The notes under the pieces were generated by a model that was not told where the DNA came from, did no database searches, and saw only the letters and a list, made by a program, of their open reading frames with translations. Positions 40,584 through 50,312 of a stretch of DNA of 64,000 nucleotides are shown in pieces. The stretch comes from Patescibacteria group bacterium (lineage in GTDB: Bacteria; Patescibacteriota; Minisyncoccia; Phycocordibacterales; SBAW01): NCBI GenBank assembly GCA_028866155.1, contig JAGWIT010000001.1, positions 165 through 64,164 of the forward strand. The letters run 5' to 3'. Position 1 is the stretch's first letter, and each line of letters starts with the position of its first letter. Position numbers and translations under genes: made by a program.

Positions 40584-41279
40584 TTACCACCCGTTTTTCT
40601 CAAGGGCGGCTTGGGCTGCCGCTTGTTCGGCTTCCTGCTTGGCTTTGCCGGAGCCTTCGGCGATGAGCTTGTCTTTGACGTATACGCCGACGACAAAACG
40701 CTTGTCATGGTCGGGGCCGGCCTCTTTGAGGACCGAGTAATAGGGGGTAACGCCCTCCACCTCCTGCACCTTTTCCTGCAAGGCCGATTTGGAGTCCTGC
40801 CACAGCTTCTTTTTTATTATCTCGTCGATCTTGGGGAAGAGATGTTCCGAGATGAATGCGCGCGCGGCGTCATAGCCCTGGTCGAGGTAGATGGCGCCGA
40901 CCACCGCCTCAAACGCATTGGCGAGCAAAACGCCGCGCGCACGGCCCGTGTCCTTTGCCTCCCCGCGGCTAAGCAGAAGGTAATCGTTCATCCCCAATTT
41001 TTGAGCGACCTCCGAAAGCGTCACCGCGTTGACCAGCGCCGCGCGATACGCGGTTAAATCGCCCTCGGGTTTGTCGGGGAATTTTTCATACAAAAAGTGC
41101 GTCGATATGAGCTCGAGCACGGCGTCGCCCAAAAACTCGAGCCGCTCGTTGTGGCCGCCCTTCTCCCCGCGGTGCTCGTTAAGGTAGGAGCGGTGGGTAA
41201 ACGCCTGCCGCAAAAGCGAAAGATCATTGAACGAAACGCCGAGCGTCTCTTCGAACGATTGAAAATCTCTGCCTGGCAT
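40584..41279 (-). CDS. rnc: Ribonuclease III
   Basis: NERLEFLGDAVL; C-terminal dsRBD. Confidence 0.97.
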   Translation of the reverse strand: MPGRDFQSFEETLGVSFNDLSLLRQAFTHRSYLNEHRGEKGGHNERLEFLGDAVLELISTHFLYEKFPDKPEGDLTAYRAALVNAVTLSEVAQKLGMNDYLLLSRGEAKDTGRARGVLLANAFEAVVGAIYLDQGYDAARAFISEHLFPKIDEIIKKKLWQDSKSALQEKVQEVEGVTPYYSVLKEAGPDHDKRFVVGVYVKDKLIAEGSGKAKQEAEQAAAQAALEKNGW

Positions 41280-41285
41280 GCTTGT

Positions 41286-42203
41286 TTATTTTTTCTGGTT
41301 TTTAATCTGTATTTTTTGCAGTGCTTTCGTCACGATGGGCAGCACGTCGTCATAGAAGTTGAGTTCCAAAGCGTCCTGCAAACGAAACCACTTTGCGTCA
41401 TCGAGCCCCCCGGTCTGCTTCAGCGTAATCTCGGCGTACGGTGACTCGGCCAAAAAATACGTCACCTGCTTGCGCTTCTTCCCCACCTCCGGGTCCGAAG
41501 CGATATATTCGTTGTCACCGACCTTTTCCTTAAGCGTGATATCAAGATTCATCTCCTCTTTTATCTCGCGGATAGTGCCTTCCTCGACGGTTTCATTGGC
41601 AATCTCGGGCTTGTCGCCTATCTTGCCCTTGCTTAGCGTCCAATGGCCAAAAATGTCGTGGACGACCGCGAGATATATGTCGCCTTGATGCCTGGCGTAC
41701 ACCACCGCGCCGCCGAGCTTCTCAACGGGCATCTGCGCGTAAGGCACGTCCTTCTTCTTTTTTGAGACTTCGTCCTTGCCGGGCTCGCCCAGCTCTTTGT
41801 AGACCGCGCCTAAGACGCCGTTGACAAAGCGGCCGCTGTTCTCGCCGCCGAAGCTTTTGGCAAGCTCTATCGCTTCGTTGATAGCGACTTTTGCCGGCAC
41901 CTTTTGCCGGTCGGAGAATAATAGTTCATATAACCCGAGACGCAAAACATTGCGGTCAACCGGCGCTATGCGCGAAAGAGGCCACTCGGGCGCGGCCTTT
42001 TCTATCACCAAATCCAAGTCAGAGCGGCGCGCGACCACCCCTTTAAGCAACTCTTCCATAAACGGCAAGTCGCCCGCCTGGGGGGCAAACTCGGCCGCGT
42101 TTCTTTCAAGTGCAAATTTCGCATCACCAGCAGTGATACTGCGAAAGTCCCACTCGAAGAGCGTCTGGAGGACGACCGATCGTGACAGGTGCCGGTTTGC
42201 CAT
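41286..42203 (-). CDS. nusB: NusB fused to a C-terminal NUDIX hydrolase domain
   Basis: DRNVLRL, INEAIELAK, FVNGVLG; then WTLSKG...REIKEEMN. Confidence 0.9.
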   Translation of the reverse strand: MANRHLSRSVVLQTLFEWDFRSITAGDAKFALERNAAEFAPQAGDLPFMEELLKGVVARRSDLDLVIEKAAPEWPLSRIAPVDRNVLRLGLYELLFSDRQKVPAKVAINEAIELAKSFGGENSGRFVNGVLGAVYKELGEPGKDEVSKKKKDVPYAQMPVEKLGGAVVYARHQGDIYLAVVHDIFGHWTLSKGKIGDKPEIANETVEEGTIREIKEEMNLDITLKEKVGDNEYIASDPEVGKKRKQVTYFLAESPYAEITLKQTGGLDDAKWFRLQDALELNFYDDVLPIVTKALQKIQIKNQKK

Positions 42204-42251
42204 ATGTTAAAGAAGAACTTCCCTGAGCGCCCGTAACCAAAGAGCTGTGTC

Positions 42252-42476
42252 TTATTTTTCGGCCTTGACCTTCGCCTCCTTGCGGGCGGCGCGGGCCCTC
42301 GCCTTGGCTGCGAAGTCGATGACCACCTTCCCATTATACCGCCCGCATGCCGGGCATGCGCGATGAGACACGCGCATGTTCCCGCACTCGCACTTGACGA
42401 GCGAGTGGGCCTTGAGCGCGTGGTGCGACCGGCGGTTAGCCGTGTGCGCACGGGTATGTCGCATTCGTACAACCAT
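42252..42476 (-). CDS. rpmF: 50S ribosomal protein L32
   Basis: RRSHHAL, CECG...HRACPACG. Confidence 0.95.
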   Translation of the reverse strand: MVVRMRHTRAHTANRRSHHALKAHSLVKCECGNMRVSHRACPACGRYNGKVVIDFAAKARARAARKEAKVKAEK

Positions 42477-42540
42477 GCCAGCACTATATCATCTTCTTAT
42501 ATTTGACGCCAGCTAAAGCCGGCTATGAGCTAAAAAAGAC

Positions 42541-42575
42541 AAACCGGGCGCTGTGAGCGTCCGGTTCTTATTTTT
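42541..42575. terminator. Intrinsic terminator
   Basis: AACCGGGCGCT-gtg-AGCGTCCGGTT with flanking A/T tracts. Confidence 0.65.
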
Positions 42576-42589
42576 TGCTGAACGAAATC

Positions 42590-42880
42590 TTATGCCGCTT
42601 TAACTTGGTACCCGCTATCGGCCATATCCTGCATGACCATTTGGTTGACCTCTTCAACCGTGGTCGCATTCACATGAAAAGCATTGCAATAGCCGGTCGT
42701 AGGCGGACTTCCCTTATGAGGACACTCGCCTGTGCCATGATGCTTGCAAAACTTACCGCATACCGAAGGATTTTCTCGCCGATACCCTTGTACGATCTCG
42801 GACATCGTCTTGCCGTCGTATTCTTGCTCGATCGGCCTGGACTTGCTTCGGCGGGTAATTAACCTCTCCCCTTCATTCAC
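42590..42880 (-). CDS. Hypothetical Cys/His-rich small protein
   Basis: CGKFCKHH..C..C..H; purine-rich RBS. Confidence 0.6.
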   Translation of the reverse strand: MNEGERLITRRSKSRPIEQEYDGKTMSEIVQGYRRENPSVCGKFCKHHGTGECPHKGSPPTTGYCNAFHVNATTVEEVNQMVMQDMADSGYQVKAA

Positions 42881-42946
42881 GGCATTTCCCCTATTTCCTT
42901 TGAGTGGCCCTTTTACGCGATGAATTACAGAACAACCAGCTACAAA

Positions 42947-43543
42947 CTATATCGCGGACTCGTACCATTTGCAATAACTGCGGCGGTGGATTTCGCTCAA
43001 GCCAAATTGCCGTATTGCGTCATAATGCATCTTTGTTCCGTATCCCTTGTGCGACTCAAAGCCGTAGTTAGGAAACTTTTTAGCCATGCGCTTCATCAAG
43101 CGGTCGCGCTCGACCTTGGCGGCTATCGAGGCGAGCGAAATTATAGGCTGTGATTCGTCGCCATTGATTATTGTTTCCTGAACATATTGAGATGGCGCGT
43201 ATAAAAGCCCGTCGAGTTTGATTGAAACGACCGCGGGCTCGGGCGCGAGCGCTCGCACGCCGCTGATGATGGCTTTTTTAACCGCTTTGGTGATGCCAAG
43301 CTCGTCGATTGTCAAATGATCTGAAAATCTCACGACAAACTCAATGTCGCCCGTTTTCTTGCGCCCGAGCAGCTGTTCATAAATTTCCTCGCGCGCACTT
43401 GCGGTCAATTGTTTTGAATCCTTAGTGCCCGGGAATTCTTTTAAAACATCAAAATTGAGCGGCACCCGGACAAACCCCACCGAAACCGGACCTGCCAAAG
43501 GCGCCCGTCCCGCCTCATCCACGCCAATGAGAAACTGGTGCAT
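42947..43543 (-). CDS. rnhB: Ribonuclease HII
   Basis: GVDEAGR, DSKQL, ASIAAKVERD, HKGYGT. Confidence 0.96.
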   Translation of the reverse strand: MHQFLIGVDEAGRAPLAGPVSVGFVRVPLNFDVLKEFPGTKDSKQLTASAREEIYEQLLGRKKTGDIEFVVRFSDHLTIDELGITKAVKKAIISGVRALAPEPAVVSIKLDGLLYAPSQYVQETIINGDESQPIISLASIAAKVERDRLMKRMAKKFPNYGFESHKGYGTKMHYDAIRQFGLSEIHRRSYCKWYESAI

Positions 43544-43598
43544 TAGGACATTCTATCAGAACTGGCTCAAGAGAGGAGCGCGGGGGTATACTCAAGCC

Positions 43599-46592
43599 AT
43601 GTCTGCGAAGTTCGTACACTTGCATGTCCATTCGCACTACACTCTGCTCGGCGCTCTGCCTAAAATCCCCGACTTGGTGAAGAAAGCGCAGGAGTTCGGA
43701 TGCACGGCGCTCGCTTTGACCGACAAGGACAACCTCTACGGCGCCATCGAATTTTATAAAGAGTGCAAAGCGGCGGGCCTCAAGCCCATTATCGGCCTTG
43801 ACGCGAGCGTCGATGGCAATAAACGACTCCTCTTATATGCGCAAAATCTCGAAGGGTACAAAAATCTGCTCGCGCTGGTGACCAAGTCGCACATGCAGGC
43901 GGACGAAAAGCCGCTGGTGACCAAAGAGATGCTCGCCGAGCACCGTGACGGGCTCATTATGCTCGATCCAGGCACCCGCGAGGCGGCATTAAGCGAAATT
44001 TATTATCTTCGCCCCGACGACCGCCGCGCGTGGGAGACGATGCGGGCTATCGAGCATGGAGCGGCCGGTGACAACGGCGACATCGACGCGGCCGGCGAAA
44101 ACTTCTACTTCCCTTCCGACAAAGAGATGGAGGAGCGCTTCACCCCCAAGCAGTTAGAAAAGACGCTCGCCATCGCCGACGAGTGCAATCTTGAGCTCAC
44201 CATCGGAAAATTCATCTTCCCCGAGTTCCCTTTGCCAAAAGGAGTCGGCGCCGACGAGTATTTGCGCGACCTGTGCATGAAAGGTTTGAAGGCGCGGGGG
44301 TTTGAGGACCGTGCCGACGTTCTCCTGCGCCTCAACTATGAACTCGACATCATTAAGTTTAAAGGATACGCGGCGTACTTTTTGGTCGTCGAGGATCTCA
44401 TCCGCTTCGCACACGAGCACGGCATCTACTCGACCATCCGCGGCTCGGTCGCGGGTTCGATGACCACCTACGTGCTTAATATCACGACCATCGACCCGCT
44501 CGCATACAAAATCCCGTTCGAGCGGTTCCTCAACCCCGAGCGGCCCTCCGCGCCCGACATCGACATGGACTTCGCCGACGACCGGCGCGACGAAGTGATA
44601 GGGTACGCGCGCAAAAAATACGGCGAGGACAAGGTCGCGCAGATAGGCACCTTCGGCACGATGCTTGCGCGCGGCGTCGTCCGCGACGTCGCGCGCGCTT
44701 TGGGCCACCCCTACGGCACCGGCGACCGTATAGCCAAAGAGATCCCCTTCGGCTCGCAGGGCTTCCCGATGACGCTCGAGCGCGCTCTTGAGGAAAATCC
44801 CGAACTGGCAAAAATATATAAAAGCGAAAAGGATGCAAAAGAGATCATCGACCTCGGCAAAAAAATAGAAGGATGCGCGCGGCATATCTCGGTGCACGCC
44901 GCCGGCGTCGTCATCGCTCCGCACCCGCTCATCGAGTATGCGCCGCTCCAGCTCGACCCTAAGGGCGGCAAAATAATCACTCAGTACGACATGTACTCGG
45001 TCGGCGAGGATGGCGTCGGTCTCACCAAGTTCGACTTTTTAGGCATCCGAAACCTCTCCATCCTCGCCTCAGCAGTCGAGCTGGTCAAAACAACGCGCGG
45101 CAAAAATATCGATATCGAGAACATACCCATCGACGACAAAAAAACATACGAGATGCTCACCGTGGGCCATACCGAGGGCACCTTTCAGCTCAACGGCGCG
45201 GGGATGACGCGGTTTCTCAAAGAGCTGAGGCCGACAACGATACATGACATCAACGCGATGGTAGCGCTGTTTCGCCCGGGCCCGATGCAATTCATCCCGC
45301 AGTACATCGAGCGCAAGCACAACCCCGCGCTCATCCGCTACATGGACCCCGCCATGGAGCCTATCCTCAAACAAACCTATGGCATCTTGGTATATCAGGA
45401 CGACTTGCTCATCATGGCACATGACCTTGCCGGCTACAGCTGGGGCGACGTCGACAAGTTCCGCAAGGCGGTCGGCAAAAAGATCCCCGCCGAGATGGAG
45501 GCGCAGAAAGAAAAGTTCATCAAGGGCTGCGTCGAACACTCACAATGGCCGCGCGCCAAAGCCGAGCTAGTGTGGGCGTGGATTGAGCCCTTTGCCGCGT
45601 ATGGGTTCAACAAAGCCCACGCGGCAAGCTATGGCAAAGTCGCCTATCAAACCGCATACCTGAAGGCCAACTTCCCCGTCGAATATATGGCGGCCGTGCT
45701 CACCGCGGAGGCGGGCGATGTCGACACGGTCTCTATCATGGTCGCGGAGTGCAAGCGCATGGGCATCCCCGTCTTGCCGCCCGATGTCAACGAAAGCTTT
45801 GGCGACTTTACCGTATTGCTGGGGCCCGGCGCCGGGCGCAGTAAAAAGGCCGCAGCGCTCGCGGGAGACATTGACCGTGACTCTATCCGCTTCGGCCTCT
45901 ACTCTATTAAGAACTTCGGCCGCGGCATCGCCGATGCCATCATCAGCGAACGCAAAGCGAGCGGCAAATTCAAAACGCTCTCCGACTTTTTGCGGCGCGT
46001 CAAAGATCAAAATTTAAATAAGAAGGCACTCGAGAGTTTAATCGAGTGCGGCGCGCTGGACAGTCTTGGCGAGCGCGGCGCCATGCTCGCCAACATCGAG
46101 CGCCTGCTGGAGTATCACCGCGAAGCGACCAGAGAGCACTCGCAGGACTCGCTCTTTTTGGGTTTGGGCAATGCGGTGAGCGACGTCACTCTCTCGCCCG
46201 CCGCCGAGGCGACGCTGGCCGACCGCTTGAAGTGGGAAAAAGAACTGCTCGGCCTGTATGTTTCGGGACATCCGCTCGATAAGTTCCGCGACAAACTTTT
46301 GAAGCGCCCGATGACGCTCAACGAGGTCAAAATAAAGATCCCGCCCGGCACCACTGCCGTTATCGCCGGTATGATAGAGGATATTCGCACCATCCTCACC
46401 AAAGGCGGCGACCAGATGGCGTTCGTGAAGCTCGCCGACTTCGACGGCTCTATCGAGGCCGTCGTCTTCCCCAAAAACTTCGCCGAATATAAAAATATCC
46501 TAAAGCCCGAGTCCTGCGTCGCCATGAAAGGGCGGCTTTCAAACCGCAACGGTGAGCTGTCGTTGGTTGCTGAACAACTCAAGAGCCTATAA
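43599..46592 (+). CDS. dnaE: DNA polymerase III alpha subunit with shortened PHP domain
   Basis: FVHLHVHSHY, RGS, PDIDMDF, KFDFLG, FAAYGFNKAH; start at MSAKF. Confidence 0.97.
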   Translation: MSAKFVHLHVHSHYTLLGALPKIPDLVKKAQEFGCTALALTDKDNLYGAIEFYKECKAAGLKPIIGLDASVDGNKRLLLYAQNLEGYKNLLALVTKSHMQADEKPLVTKEMLAEHRDGLIMLDPGTREAALSEIYYLRPDDRRAWETMRAIEHGAAGDNGDIDAAGENFYFPSDKEMEERFTPKQLEKTLAIADECNLELTIGKFIFPEFPLPKGVGADEYLRDLCMKGLKARGFEDRADVLLRLNYELDIIKFKGYAAYFLVVEDLIRFAHEHGIYSTIRGSVAGSMTTYVLNITTIDPLAYKIPFERFLNPERPSAPDIDMDFADDRRDEVIGYARKKYGEDKVAQIGTFGTMLARGVVRDVARALGHPYGTGDRIAKEIPFGSQGFPMTLERALEENPELAKIYKSEKDAKEIIDLGKKIEGCARHISVHAAGVVIAPHPLIEYAPLQLDPKGGKIITQYDMYSVGEDGVGLTKFDFLGIRNLSILASAVELVKTTRGKNIDIENIPIDDKKTYEMLTVGHTEGTFQLNGAGMTRFLKELRPTTIHDINAMVALFRPGPMQFIPQYIERKHNPALIRYMDPAMEPILKQTYGILVYQDDLLIMAHDLAGYSWGDVDKFRKAVGKKIPAEMEAQKEKFIKGCVEHSQWPRAKAELVWAWIEPFAAYGFNKAHAASYGKVAYQTAYLKANFPVEYMAAVLTAEAGDVDTVSIMVAECKRMGIPVLPPDVNESFGDFTVLLGPGAGRSKKAAALAGDIDRDSIRFGLYSIKNFGRGIADAIISERKASGKFKTLSDFLRRVKDQNLNKKALESLIECGALDSLGERGAMLANIERLLEYHREATREHSQDSLFLGLGNAVSDVTLSPAAEATLADRLKWEKELLGLYVSGHPLDKFRDKLLKRPMTLNEVKIKIPPGTTAVIAGMIEDIRTILTKGGDQMAFVKLADFDGSIEAVVFPKNFAEYKNILKPESCVAMKGRLSNRNGELSLVAEQLKSL

Positions 46593-46663
46593 TCATTGAC
46601 AATTCATGAGTTTTAAGCTACCATTTCAACTGGACTTATTCACCGTTCAAGGGAGAAAATCAG

Positions 46664-46858
46664 ATGATCTTTGGATCTTGGCAAAAGTGCCGGTGCGGCA
46701 CTCAGTTTAGAACCGAAAGATGTCCGACCTGTTTTCCGAGCACGCGACCTTTGTCGTCGCGGACAGGAAGCGCCAACCCCCCAGCAAGTTCCGAACCGTT
46801 CCCAATAAACAAGGAACGTGGAGAATCCGAAGAAAACTTTTTCAAAAACCAGCAGTGA
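46664..46858 (+). CDS. Small CxC...CxxC zinc-ribbon-like protein
   Basis: TTGACA-N17-TACCAT upstream, GGGAG RBS, CRC/CPTC. Confidence 0.5.
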   Translation: MIFGSWQKCRCGTQFRTERCPTCFPSTRPLSSRTGSANPPASSEPFPINKERGESEENFFKNQQ

Positions 46859-46946
46859 CCCAACGCCTGACTAAACAGCACCCGCTGTCGTCAGGCGATT
46901 TCTTTTGCCAAAAAAATAAACCGCGGTAGTATAAGAAACAATCATC

Positions 46947-48173
46947 ATGGAGGAGCGCGACCACAAGAAGCTGGGCCCCGAACTTGAGCTTTTTTATATT
47001 GATCAGACAGTCGGTAAAGGGCTGCCTATGTTTTTACCTAAGGGCGCAACGCTCAAGCGCGAGCTCGAACGGTTTGTGATAGAAGAAGAGCTCAAGCGCG
47101 GCTATCTCCATGTGCATACGCCCGACCTGGCAAAGCTCGAACTATACGAAAAAAGCGGTCACTACCCTCACTACAAAGATTCGATGTACGCGCCTATTGA
47201 AATAGACGACGAGAAGTACATGCTGCGCCCGATGACCTGTCCGCATCATTTTCAGCTTTATCTCTCCAAACCACACAGCTATCGCGAACTTCCCATGCGT
47301 ATCGCAGAGCTCGCGCAACTCTACCGTTATGAGCAATCGGGCGAGCTTATGGGCCTGCAGCGGGTACGCACCTTTTGCCTTGCGGACGCCCATATTATCT
47401 GTGCCGACGAAGAGCAAGCGGCCGACGAGGTAAGCAATGCGCTCGATCTTATCGAACACATGGCCGGCGTCTTTGGTCTCAAGCTAGAAGCAGACTACCG
47501 TTTCCGCCTCTCACTCGGCGACCGCGCCAATACCGAAAAATATTATAAAAATGACGCAGCGTGGGAAAAGAGCGAGGGACTGTTGCGCGAGGTTATGCAA
47601 AAGCGCGGCGAAAAGTTTGAAGAAGCAAAGGATGAAGCCGCATTTTATGGGCCCAAGATTGACGTGCAGATGAAGAATGTTAACGGCAAAGAAGACACGG
47701 CCTTTACCGTTCAATATGACTTTTGCATGCCCGACCGCTTCAATCTCACCTACGTGGGCGAAGACGGCAAAGATCATCGCGCCTTTGTCGTGCATCGCTC
47801 TTCAATAGGCGCCATCGAACGCATCATGGCTTTTCTTATCGAGAAGTATGCGGGCGCGTTCCCTCTTTGGCTCTCGCCAGTGCAGGCGCGCATACTCCCG
47901 ATTGCCGGCACGCATAAAGATTTTGCTCAAAATGTTTTAAGTCAATTCAAACAGGCCGGCATCCGAGCCGAGCTCGACGAGAGCAACGAGACGCTCGGCA
48001 AAAAGATACGCGAGGCCAAAACGCAAAAGATCCCCTATATGCTGGTCATTGGCGACCAAGAAGTGGCCTACAAAACCGCGACACTCGAGAGCCGCGATAA
48101 AGGCAAAATCGGGACGCTTTCAATAGACGAAATCGTTTCAAAGTTGAATGAAGAAATAAAGGCACGGGTATAA
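46947..48173 (+). CDS. thrS: Threonine--tRNA ligase lacking N-terminal editing domains
   Basis: Begins at RDHKKLG; PMTCPHH, YRYEQSGE, AFYGPKID. Confidence 0.96.
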   Translation: MEERDHKKLGPELELFYIDQTVGKGLPMFLPKGATLKRELERFVIEEELKRGYLHVHTPDLAKLELYEKSGHYPHYKDSMYAPIEIDDEKYMLRPMTCPHHFQLYLSKPHSYRELPMRIAELAQLYRYEQSGELMGLQRVRTFCLADAHIICADEEQAADEVSNALDLIEHMAGVFGLKLEADYRFRLSLGDRANTEKYYKNDAAWEKSEGLLREVMQKRGEKFEEAKDEAAFYGPKIDVQMKNVNGKEDTAFTVQYDFCMPDRFNLTYVGEDGKDHRAFVVHRSSIGAIERIMAFLIEKYAGAFPLWLSPVQARILPIAGTHKDFAQNVLSQFKQAGIRAELDESNETLGKKIREAKTQKIPYMLVIGDQEVAYKTATLESRDKGKIGTLSIDEIVSKLNEEIKARV

Positions 48174-48175
48174 AC

Positions 48176-48218
48176 AAAAAAATCCCCCAACTGAATATCA
48201 GAAGTGGGATTTTTTTTA
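48176..48218. terminator. Bidirectional terminator
   Basis: AAAAAAATCCC...GGGATTTTTTT between convergent genes. Confidence 0.6.
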
Positions 48219-48258
48219 TAAACGGGGCACTTACATTAGGAATGCATACTTCTTATAT

Positions 48259-49254
48259 TTAAGCCGTTCGGCTTCTAGGGCGGTTTATCTGCGAGAGAAT
48301 AAAATCATCTATCACATCCTCCTGTGTCGATTGAATCGGTGCGCTTACTTGCACCGCAGACGGGTTAAGGATGGCCGCTATCTGTTGGGCGAGCGCGTTA
48401 ATGTCGAGTGCGGCTTGCGAAGGCGAACCTTGCTGGACGCGAACGCCGACGGAGTCTGCGACGGAGGGTGAGCGGGAAGCAAGGTTCGCCGAAGCATTGC
48501 CGAAAAGAAAGTTCTTCATCGCGCGGAAGATGCGATTTTGCACGCGCTTGACGACGATGAGGTAGGCTGCGGCGAGGCACCAGAGGATAAGGAATCCCCA
48601 GTACGCTATCGTGCCCCAAAAGCCGAGGTCAAGACCGGTGTACGGCACCGCCGAGAGCGAGACATACGGAGTGCTGTTGTAAGCAATGGGCTGAGGGCAC
48701 ACCGGATAGCCGATACAGCCGCACGTGTTGCAGACCGGGGTCGGATTATTATAAACGACCGGCGGATTATTGTAGATGACAGGCTGGGGTGCCGGGTTGG
48801 TGACAGTAGTAACCGTCGTCGGCGAGCTCACCGTCGTGTTGCAGCTGTTGATCGCAGTGCACGAGTTGCCGTTGTCGATGACATTGGTGTTGACGTTGGT
48901 ATTTGAAGGAAGGTAAGAAGAACCGAGATATCCGCCGCCCATGAGATATCCGCCGCCGAGATACGAGCTGGTCATGTAGCCTGAGGAGCCCAAGTAATCG
49001 GAGGAGTATGAAGAGGGGTAATAATCCATGGAGCCGTAGTTGGCGGGATAATAATCCATGGAGCCATAGCTGGTTGGATAGTAATCCATGGAGCCATAGT
49101 CGGTGGTAGTGGGATAATAATCCATGGAGCCATAGTTACCGAAATCGTCCGCATGAGCAGGAGCGGCAGCGAAGGCGAGCGGGAGTATCATCAAAATTGC
49201 CGCCATAGAAGCGATACCGAGATTGCGAGACATAATTTTACTAAGCGTATTCAT
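48259..49254 (-). CDS. Exported Tyr-rich repeat protein with VPYTG motif, TM helix and cytoplasmic tail
   Basis: Signal peptide ending AHA; 4x YGSMDYYP; VPYTG-TM-KR. Confidence 0.85.
   Translation of the reverse strand: MNTLSKIMSRNLGIASMAAILMILPLAFAAAPAHADDFGNYGSMDYYPTTTDYGSMDYYPTSYGSMDYYPANYGSMDYYPSSYSSDYLGSSGYMTSSYLGGGYLMGGGYLGSSYLPSNTNVNTNVIDNGNSCTAINSCNTTVSSPTTVTTVTNPAPQPVIYNNPPVVYNNPTPVCNTCGCIGYPVCPQPIAYNSTPYVSLSAVPYTGLDLGFWGTIAYWGFLILWCLAAAYLIVVKRVQNRIFRAMKNFLFGNASANLASRSPSVADSVGVRVQQGSPSQAALDINALAQQIAAILNPSAVQVSAPIQSTQEDVIDDFILSQINRPRSRTA
49015..49134 (-). repeat. Four tandem coding repeats (YGSMDYYP)
   Basis: TAATCCATGGAGCC recurs four times at 30-36 nt spacing. Confidence 0.95.
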
Positions 49255-49428
49255 ATATTTTTTTTATTTTCTCCGGCCCTGCTGAGGTCCAGACCAAAGC
49301 CTTGTACCAAAACTTAATAATTGTGTCAATACCCCACGCCCCAGGCTCAATCTTAAAATTAAGCTCAGAGAATGAGGGCTCTCCGAAGAGAGCCCAGAGG
49401 AACATCAAGCGGATATCCCTCCAAAGTG

Positions 49429-50082
49429 TCACCGGCAGTCGGATGCGCAACGGACGCCACCGTTGCCTATCGGCCAGCACTTGTTGGTGCGGACCAGTTG
49501 CCGGGGTGGCAGACACTCGGCTGCCCTGTTCACCCGGACGAGATCATAATCTCGCCCGTGGCTGCGAACTTGGAGCGAACCGGCCGACACGTTATCGAAC
49601 GTGTCGGAACGGGGCGGCACGCCCTTGCCGTATGCCGGAGGCGGACGATAGTATGCCTGCTGTCTGCCTTCAACTGGCGCGGCTGATGGCGCAACTGCCA
49701 CCTTCGGGCAGGTTTCCATCTGCTTTTGGAAACCCTCGGCGGTCATGCCGTCGAGCTTCCTTGCTGCTTCATCCGCCAACTGTGGCGACCAGGAACCCCT
49801 ACAAACGGAGGTGAATTCTCTCCACCTCTGTGACCCCACCGCATATTCTCCCGACTTGGGCTCGGCTGCGGAGCGGGCTTGAGGCGCCGACTGAGCCGCG
49901 AGCTGTTCTTTCAGCTCCTTTATTTGCTGCTCAAGCGCCGCGATTTTTGGGGCGACTCTGGCGTCGACACGCTTGTCGACGCCAGACTGTATCGCATGAC
50001 CCTCTTTAATAGGGTCATGCGTCTGCGCCATAGCCGCCGAAGCGGACATGCCACAAACGAGGAGAGCGGCGAACTTCCACAT
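49429..50082 (-). CDS. Orphan secreted protein (coiled coil, Cys-rich C-terminus)
   Basis: Signal peptide MWKFAALLVCGMSASAAMA; AGAGGA RBS; TTGACA-N17-TAAGAT upstream. Confidence 0.75.
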   Translation of the reverse strand: MWKFAALLVCGMSASAAMAQTHDPIKEGHAIQSGVDKRVDARVAPKIAALEQQIKELKEQLAAQSAPQARSAAEPKSGEYAVGSQRWREFTSVCRGSWSPQLADEAARKLDGMTAEGFQKQMETCPKVAVAPSAAPVEGRQQAYYRPPPAYGKGVPPRSDTFDNVSAGSLQVRSHGRDYDLVRVNRAAECLPPRQLVRTNKCWPIGNGGVRCASDCR

Positions 50083-50271
50083 TGTTTTTATCCTCTGTGT
50101 ATTTGTGAAGACCTGCCCCTTAGTCAGTCCGCCAAGGGGCGGCAAAGGGTTTGTGATTCAATCTTACACTACCTAGGGCATTTTGTCAATACCCTTTCGT
50201 GAAAACCCGATTTTGGCCTTATGCAAAGCCCTAATCGGGAAATAACGAATACGAACAAAAAAAATATGGAG

Positions 50272-50300
50272 GGCAGGCGATGTTTAGCACATCGCCTGCC
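50272..50300 (-). terminator. Hairpin downstream of the 50313-51359 gene
   Basis: GGCAGGCGATG-tttagca-CATCGCCTGCC. Confidence 0.6.
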
Positions 50301-50312
50301 GACCATGGAACC

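Noticed and set aside
49015-49134. Possible CRISPR array
   Set aside because: Spacers are only a few codons, variation is at synonymous sites, and no cas genes are present; it is a coding repeat.
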